From: Deinococcus sp. | GTDB taxonomy: Bacteria > Deinococcota > Deinococci > Deinococcales > Deinococcaceae | Assembly: GCA_965261005.1 (NCBI GenBank) | Contig: OZ253375.1 | Span: 1,696,001 to 1,760,000, forward strand | Reading direction: 5' to 3' | DNA length: 64,000 nucleotides | Shown here: in pieces, positions 59,253 to 64,000 of the stretch | Numbering within the stretch: the stretch's first letter is position 1 | How the letters are laid out: every line of letters begins with the position of its first letter | Made by a program: the position numbers and the translations under genes | The notes under the pieces: generated by a model | The model's database searches: none | What the model was told of the DNA's origin: nothing | The model's input: only the letters and a program-made list of their open reading frames with translations

Positions 59253-62200
59253 CCACGCCACAGCGTTCACCACAAGAAACGTCTGAACTGCCCACAATCA
59301 ACCCGGCCATTCGCTTTTCGGTGTCGCGCTACGTGTTCTCCATCGGCGCCTTTGTGGCGGTGGCGCTGTTCGGCCTGATCTCGCTGTTGGGGCTGGGCGT
59401 GGACTTGCTGCCCAACTTCGAGATTCCCACCGTGGCCGTGACCACCACCTACAGCGGGGCCAGCCCCGACGAACTCGACCGCGACGTGTCGCGCAAAATC
59501 GAGGACGCCGTCTCGACCCTGACCGGCGTCAGCGACATCAACTCGACCAGTTCCAGCGGCCTGAGCCAGGTGACGGTCTCCTTTCGGAGCGGCACCAACG
59601 TGGACAGCGCCGCCAACGCGGTCAGCCAGGCCACCGCCGCGATTCGCGCGGCCCTGCCCTCGGGCGCCGACGCCCCGGTGGTGCGCAAGTTCGACCCCAA
59701 CGCGCAGCCGATTTTGGACGTGGCGCTGCTGGGCGGCGCGGCCCAGCTGAGCGCGGTGCGCAGCTACGCCGACGACACCCTCAAGGCCCGCTTGGAGCGG
59801 GTGGACGGCGTGGCCGACGTGAGCGTCAGCGGCGGCCCCGAGCGCCAGATTCAGGTGCGGCTGGACCCCAGCGCCCTGAGCGCCTACGGGCTGTCGCCCG
59901 CGCGCGTCACGGTGGCCATCTCGGCCTCGGCGCTCGACTTGCCGGCCGGCGCGCTGACCCAGGGCCAGAGCGACGTCAACTTCACCACCCGCAACACCCC
60001 CCGCTCGCTTGGCGACGTCGAGAACATCGTCGTGGACAGCGCGCGCAACTTGCGGGTGCGCGACGTGGCCACCGTGCGCGACGCCGGCGCCGCCGCGACC
60101 AGCTACGCCCGCGTCAACGGTCAGGACGCGGTGCTGCTCTCCATTCGCAAGGCGTCCGGCACCAACTCGGTGGCGGTCTCGGACAACGTGCGCGCCGCCC
60201 TGAAGGGCCTGCCATTGCCGGGGGGCTACCGGTTGGCCGTGGCGAGCGACACCACCCGGACCACCCGCGCCACCGTCAACGACACCTACAAGGAACTGCT
60301 GATCAGCGCCGCCGCCGTGGGCGTGGTCGTGCTGCTGTTTTTGGGACGGCTCAACACCGTCTTCGCGGTGGTGCTGGCCATTCCCATCTCGATCAGCGCG
60401 GCGCCGCTGTTGTACGGCCTTTTAGGCTTCACGCTCAACATCGTCTCGCTGCTGGCCATTATCGTGGCGATGGGCATCGTGGTGGACGACTCCATCGTGG
60501 TGGCCGAGAACGTGCAGCGCTACCGCGACCAGGGCTACGGCCTGAAGGACTCGGTGCTGCTGGGCGGTAGCGAGGTCTTCAGCGCCGTGACGGCCGCCTC
60601 GTTCTCGCTGCTGGCGGTCCTGCTGCCGCTGAGCTTTATTCCCGGCATCATCGGGCAGTTTTTCCAGCAGTTCGGCCTCGGCCTGGCCGCCGCCATCGCC
60701 CTGAGCTGGCTGGAGGCGCTGCTGTTTCTGACCGTGCGCATGGCCTACACCCCGGACGCCCGGCCGCTGGATTGGCGCGGCTTCGCCCGGGTGCTGGGCC
60801 GGGGCGGCGAGAGCTTGGCGTGGGGCCTCGCCCTCTACCGCCGCTGGCCCGGCTGGCTGACCATGCTGCTGGTGGGGATGGGCACGTTCTTGGCCCTCAG
60901 GGGCGCCTTGCCGGCCATCAGCACCCGCGCCGGCGTCTCTGTGCTGGCCGCCGTGCTGGCTCCCCTGATCGTGGCCTTCGCGCGCTATCTGTTCGCGGCG
61001 CTGTTCGGCTTGCTGGAAGCGCTGACCACCACCCTGAGCGGCCTCACCGACCGGGCCGTGGTGGCGGTTCAGAACGGCTACGCCCGCCTGCTGGCCCGCG
61101 CCCTGCCGTACAGCCCCCTCGTGCTGCTGCTGGCACTAGGCTTCCTGTTCAGCGTCCTGTTGCCGCTCCAGCGGGTGGGCTTTTCCTTCACGCCCAAGTC
61201 GGACGACGGCGCCCTGAGCGTGGACCTCAGCTTGCCCCCCGGCACCGCCCTGGGCGCCACCGACGCCGCCGCGTCGCGGCTGGAGCGCGCCCTGTTGGCG
61301 CGGCCCGAGGTCAAGCTGGTCTCGACCACGGTGGGCAGCGGCGGCCCCTTCGGCGGGGCCAGCAAGTCGCAGAACGCCTCGCTGGCCGTGACCCTGATTC
61401 CCAAGGGGGAGCGCCCCGGGGTAGACGCGCTGGTCGAGCGTGAACGAAGCGAACTCGGCAAACTGATCGCGAACGTGCCCGGCGCCAGCTTGACCGTCAG
61501 CGCCGACGGGGCCGGTCCGGGGGGATCGTCGGACCTGAGTCTGGCCCTGACCGCGCCCAACCAAAGCGTGCTGGAAAGCCGCAACCGCGAGGTGTTGCAG
61601 GCCCTCTCCCAAGACCCCAACATCGCCAGCGTGGACTCCAGCTTGTCGCAGACGCAGCTGGAGCGCGTCTTCGTGCCCGATCCCGCGAGGCTCGCCGGCA
61701 GCGGCCTGAGCGCCCAAGACCTCGCGCAGGCGCTGCGCACCTACAACGAGGGCACCCAAGCGGCCAACTTGCGCGCCGGCGACGACAGCGTGCCCATCGT
61801 GGTCAAGCTCGACCCGGCTTACATCACCGACGACCAGTCCCTGCTGGCGCAAACGGTCGCCTCGCCGCAGCTGGGCAACGTGCCGCTGTCGCAGTTCGGC
61901 AGCTTTCAGCTGCGGCAAGCGCCGGCCAGCCTCAGCCGCTTCAACAAGGCCTACACCTCCACCTTCGAGATCAACCTGGTCAAGGGTGGCCCGAACCCCT
62001 TCGGCTACCAGCGGACCTTGGTGGACCGCCTGACCAAGCAGGGCCTGCTCGGGGACGGCGTGACGCTGGGCAACAGCAGCGCCTTTGGCGCGGCCGGCTT
62101 GACCGGAAACTTGGTGCTGTACGGCCCCATCGTGGTGGTGCTGGCGGTGCTGCTCAACTACCTGGTGCTCGGCAGCCAGTTCAACTCGTTTCGCTATCCC

Positions 62201-62665
62201 ATTTATCTCTTGCTGCCGGTGCCGCTGGCCATCGTGGGCGCCTTGTGGACGCTGGGCCTCTTCGGGGTGAACCTCGACGTGATCACCATGCTGGGCATGG
62301 TCATCCTGATCGGCCTGTCCACCAAGAACGCCATTTTGTACCTGGAGTTCGTGACCGACCGCCTCGCGCGCGGCGTGCCCATCTTCGAGGCGCTGGTCGA
62401 GTCGGCGCGGCTGCGCTTCCGGCCCATCCTGATGACCACGCTGACGGTCCTGGTCATCAGCTTGCCGCTGATCCTGGGCACGGGCGAGGGGGCCGAGTTC
62501 CGGCGCGGCCTGGGCATCGTGCTGATGGGCGGCGTCCTGACCTCCACCATCCTGACCTTTTTCGTGGTGCCGTGCGTGTTCTACCTATTCGAGCGGCGGC
62601 GTTTTTCACGGCCGAAGGAGCCGGAGTTGCCGGGCGCGGGCCAGCCCGCCCTCGGGGCGGACTGA
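59249..62665 (+). CDS. RND efflux permease (AcrB/AcrD/AcrF family)
   Basis: [35 protein letters not shown]. Confidence 0.95.
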   Translation: MTTPQRSPQETSELPTINPAIRFSVSRYVFSIGAFVAVALFGLISLLGLGVDLLPNFEIPTVAVTTTYSGASPDELDRDVSRKIEDAVSTLTGVSDINSTSSSGLSQVTVSFRSGTNVDSAANAVSQATAAIRAALPSGADAPVVRKFDPNAQPILDVALLGGAAQLSAVRSYADDTLKARLERVDGVADVSVSGGPERQIQVRLDPSALSAYGLSPARVTVAISASALDLPAGALTQGQSDVNFTTRNTPRSLGDVENIVVDSARNLRVRDVATVRDAGAAATSYARVNGQDAVLLSIRKASGTNSVAVSDNVRAALKGLPLPGGYRLAVASDTTRTTRATVNDTYKELLISAAAVGVVVLLFLGRLNTVFAVVLAIPISISAAPLLYGLLGFTLNIVSLLAIIVAMGIVVDDSIVVAENVQRYRDQGYGLKDSVLLGGSEVFSAVTAASFSLLAVLLPLSFIPGIIGQFFQQFGLGLAAAIALSWLEALLFLTVRMAYTPDARPLDWRGFARVLGRGGESLAWGLALYRRWPGWLTMLLVGMGTFLALRGALPAISTRAGVSVLAAVLAPLIVAFARYLFAALFGLLEALTTTLSGLTDRAVVAVQNGYARLLARALPYSPLVLLLALGFLFSVLLPLQRVGFSFTPKSDDGALSVDLSLPPGTALGATDAAASRLERALLARPEVKLVSTTVGSGGPFGGASKSQNASLAVTLIPKGERPGVDALVERERSELGKLIANVPGASLTVSADGAGPGGSSDLSLALTAPNQSVLESRNREVLQALSQDPNIASVDSSLSQTQLERVFVPDPARLAGSGLSAQDLAQALRTYNEGTQAANLRAGDDSVPIVVKLDPAYITDDQSLLAQTVASPQLGNVPLSQFGSFQLRQAPASLSRFNKAYTSTFEINLVKGGPNPFGYQRTLVDRLTKQGLLGDGVTLGNSSAFGAAGLTGNLVLYGPIVVVLAVLLNYLVLGSQFNSFRYPIYLLLPVPLAIVGALWTLGLFGVNLDVITMLGMVILIGLSTKNAILYLEFVTDRLARGVPIFEALVESARLRFRPILMTTLTVLVISLPLILGTGEGAEFRRGLGIVLMGGVLTSTILTFFVVPCVFYLFERRRFSRPKEPELPGAGQPALGAD

Positions 62666-62848
62666 TACGGATTCCGCTTCCTTCCGCAACATCGGGGAAA
62701 ACGCCAAGGCTCGGCTTGCCGACCGCCGCAAGGCTCGGCAAGACGGCCGCCACGATGTTGCTCCAAACCGCAAAACCCGTATCTTTTCCTAGCCGCTCCG
62801 CTGGAAAGTCAGTCAACTTCGTTGACTGACTTTCCGAAATTCGTATCA
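62663..62848 (+). repeat. Deinococcus-type small interspersed repeat / MITE-like element with internal insertion
   Basis: TGATACG...CGTATCA inverted ends; hairpin GGAAAGTCAGTCAAC-TTC-GTTGACTGACTTTCC; homologous to 25459-25588. Confidence 0.8.
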
Positions 62849-63856
62849 CAGAATGCGGCGGCCGAACTCCGAGGCGGCGAGGCTGCCCAGCAGCGCGAGG
62901 CCCGCCAGGGCCGCGACCAGGCCGGACACCTCGCGCGGGCGCACCGTCCAGCCCAGCGAGCGCCCCAAGGTGCGGTAAACGCTGCCGAGTTCCCCGGCTG
63001 TTCTGGCCTCGTAGTAGCGGCCCCCGGTCGTCTGGGCGACGCCCTCCAGGGTCTCGGCGTCAAAGCCGGACGGAAAGCGAAACGAGCTGCCGGGGCCGAA
63101 CGACATGGTGCCGACGCCGTCCTGGGTGCCGAGGCCGACCGTGAAGACCTTGACCGCGAGCTGTTTGGCTTGTGCGGCGGCCTCCAGGGGATCGGTGCCG
63201 CGGTTGTTGCGGCCGTCCGACAGCAGCACGATGGCCGCCGGCGGCAAGTTCTGCGCACTCGGATTCGCTTGGCCCTGGCCCGCCTGCTCCTGCGCCACCC
63301 CCTCACGCCCTGGCAAGGCGCCCAGCGCCGTGAGCAGCCCCTCGCCGATGGCGGTGCCGCGCTCCAGGGTGAGCTGGTCTATGGCGGCGTAGATGTCGGC
63401 GTGCTCGGCGGTGGGGGGCGTGTTGAGCACCGCGTAGCCGCCAAACGAGACCAGGCCCACCTTGGCCCCCTCCGGCAGCGAGCGCACAAAGGTGCGCGCG
63501 GCCTCCTGCGCGGCGGCGAAACGGCTGGGCGCGATGTCCTCGGCGCTCATGGAGCGCGACACGTCGATGGCGAGCATGATGGCGGTGCGGTTGTCGGGAA
63601 AGGGCAGCGGCGCGGTCGGCCGCGCCAGGGCCAGCAGCGCGAGCGCGAGCGCCACCAGGTACAGCAGCGCCGGCAGGTGACGCCGCAGCGGGCGCGTCGC
63701 GGCGCCGGCCCTCACGAGCAGCCGCACGTCCGGGTGCAGGGCGGCGGCCTCGGCGGGCCGGTTCAGGCCGCGCAAGTACAGCCACGCCAGCGGCGGCAAC
63801 AGCAAGAGGGCCAGCAAGACCCACGGCCACAAGAAACCCACACCGCCCAAGCTCAC
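62846..63856 (-). CDS. Membrane-anchored VWA-domain protein (BatA-like)
   Basis: F.WPW.LL, MIDAS DVSRSM, GTAIG, LLSDG, C-terminal TM helix. Confidence 0.9.
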   Translation of the reverse strand: MSLGGVGFLWPWVLLALLLLPPLAWLYLRGLNRPAEAAALHPDVRLLVRAGAATRPLRRHLPALLYLVALALALLALARPTAPLPFPDNRTAIMLAIDVSRSMSAEDIAPSRFAAAQEAARTFVRSLPEGAKVGLVSFGGYAVLNTPPTAEHADIYAAIDQLTLERGTAIGEGLLTALGALPGREGVAQEQAGQGQANPSAQNLPPAAIVLLSDGRNNRGTDPLEAAAQAKQLAVKVFTVGLGTQDGVGTMSFGPGSSFRFPSGFDAETLEGVAQTTGGRYYEARTAGELGSVYRTLGRSLGWTVRPREVSGLVAALAGLALLGSLAASEFGRRIL

Positions 63857-64000
63857 GGCACCCGCCTTTGCCAGCGCAGCGCGAGGGCGCCGCCCAGCAG
63901 CAGCAGCGCGGCGGCCAGCCCGGACAGCGGCCCGCCGAGGTCGAGCTGGACGCTTTCCCAGCGCACCACGCGCCCGAGTTCGCGAAACAGCTCGTCGAGA
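63853..64000 (-). CDS. C-terminus of another BatA-like VWA protein (partial)
   Basis: ...LDELFRELGRVVRWESVQLDLGGPLSGLAAALLLLGGALALRWQRRVP*, paralogous to the C-terminus of the downstream gene. Confidence 0.7.
   Translation of the reverse strand, partial: LDELFRELGRVVRWESVQLDLGGPLSGLAAALLLLGGALALRWQRRVP

Overview
GC-rich bacterial chromosomal window, most consistent with Deinococcaceae (inferred from DUF1999 and DR2241-type genes, pervasive leaderless TANNNT-N6-start promoters and Deinococcus-type interspersed repeats). Most of it is housekeeping: pth, lepB, mutY, mug, dus, sucA, aceE-aceF, a LacI-controlled sugar ABC/glucosidase operon, peptidases, a two-TolC RND efflux operon and VWA genes. 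No rRNA, tRNA or CRISPR array was seen. The accessory content is where the interest lies. (1) At 19.3-24.2 kb there is a candidate polymorphic toxin-immunity locus: a ~798-aa GHSLGG lipase with an annexin-like segment, split by an IS66-family element (8-bp target duplication), then a low-GC exported immunity-like gene, then a promoterless orphan cassette that fuses a variant toxin C-terminus to a variant immunity C-terminus. (2) Two small peptide loci 49 kb apart (4.6 kb and 53.9 kb) share the same architecture and a 15/16-identical upstream motif, resembling an undescribed type I toxin or riboregulated small-protein family. (3) Two candidate type II TA-like pairs (GNAT; nucleotidyltransferase plus XRE), an ArsR pseudogene and three families of small intergenic repeats. 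All family assignments come from motif recognition by eye, not database searches.
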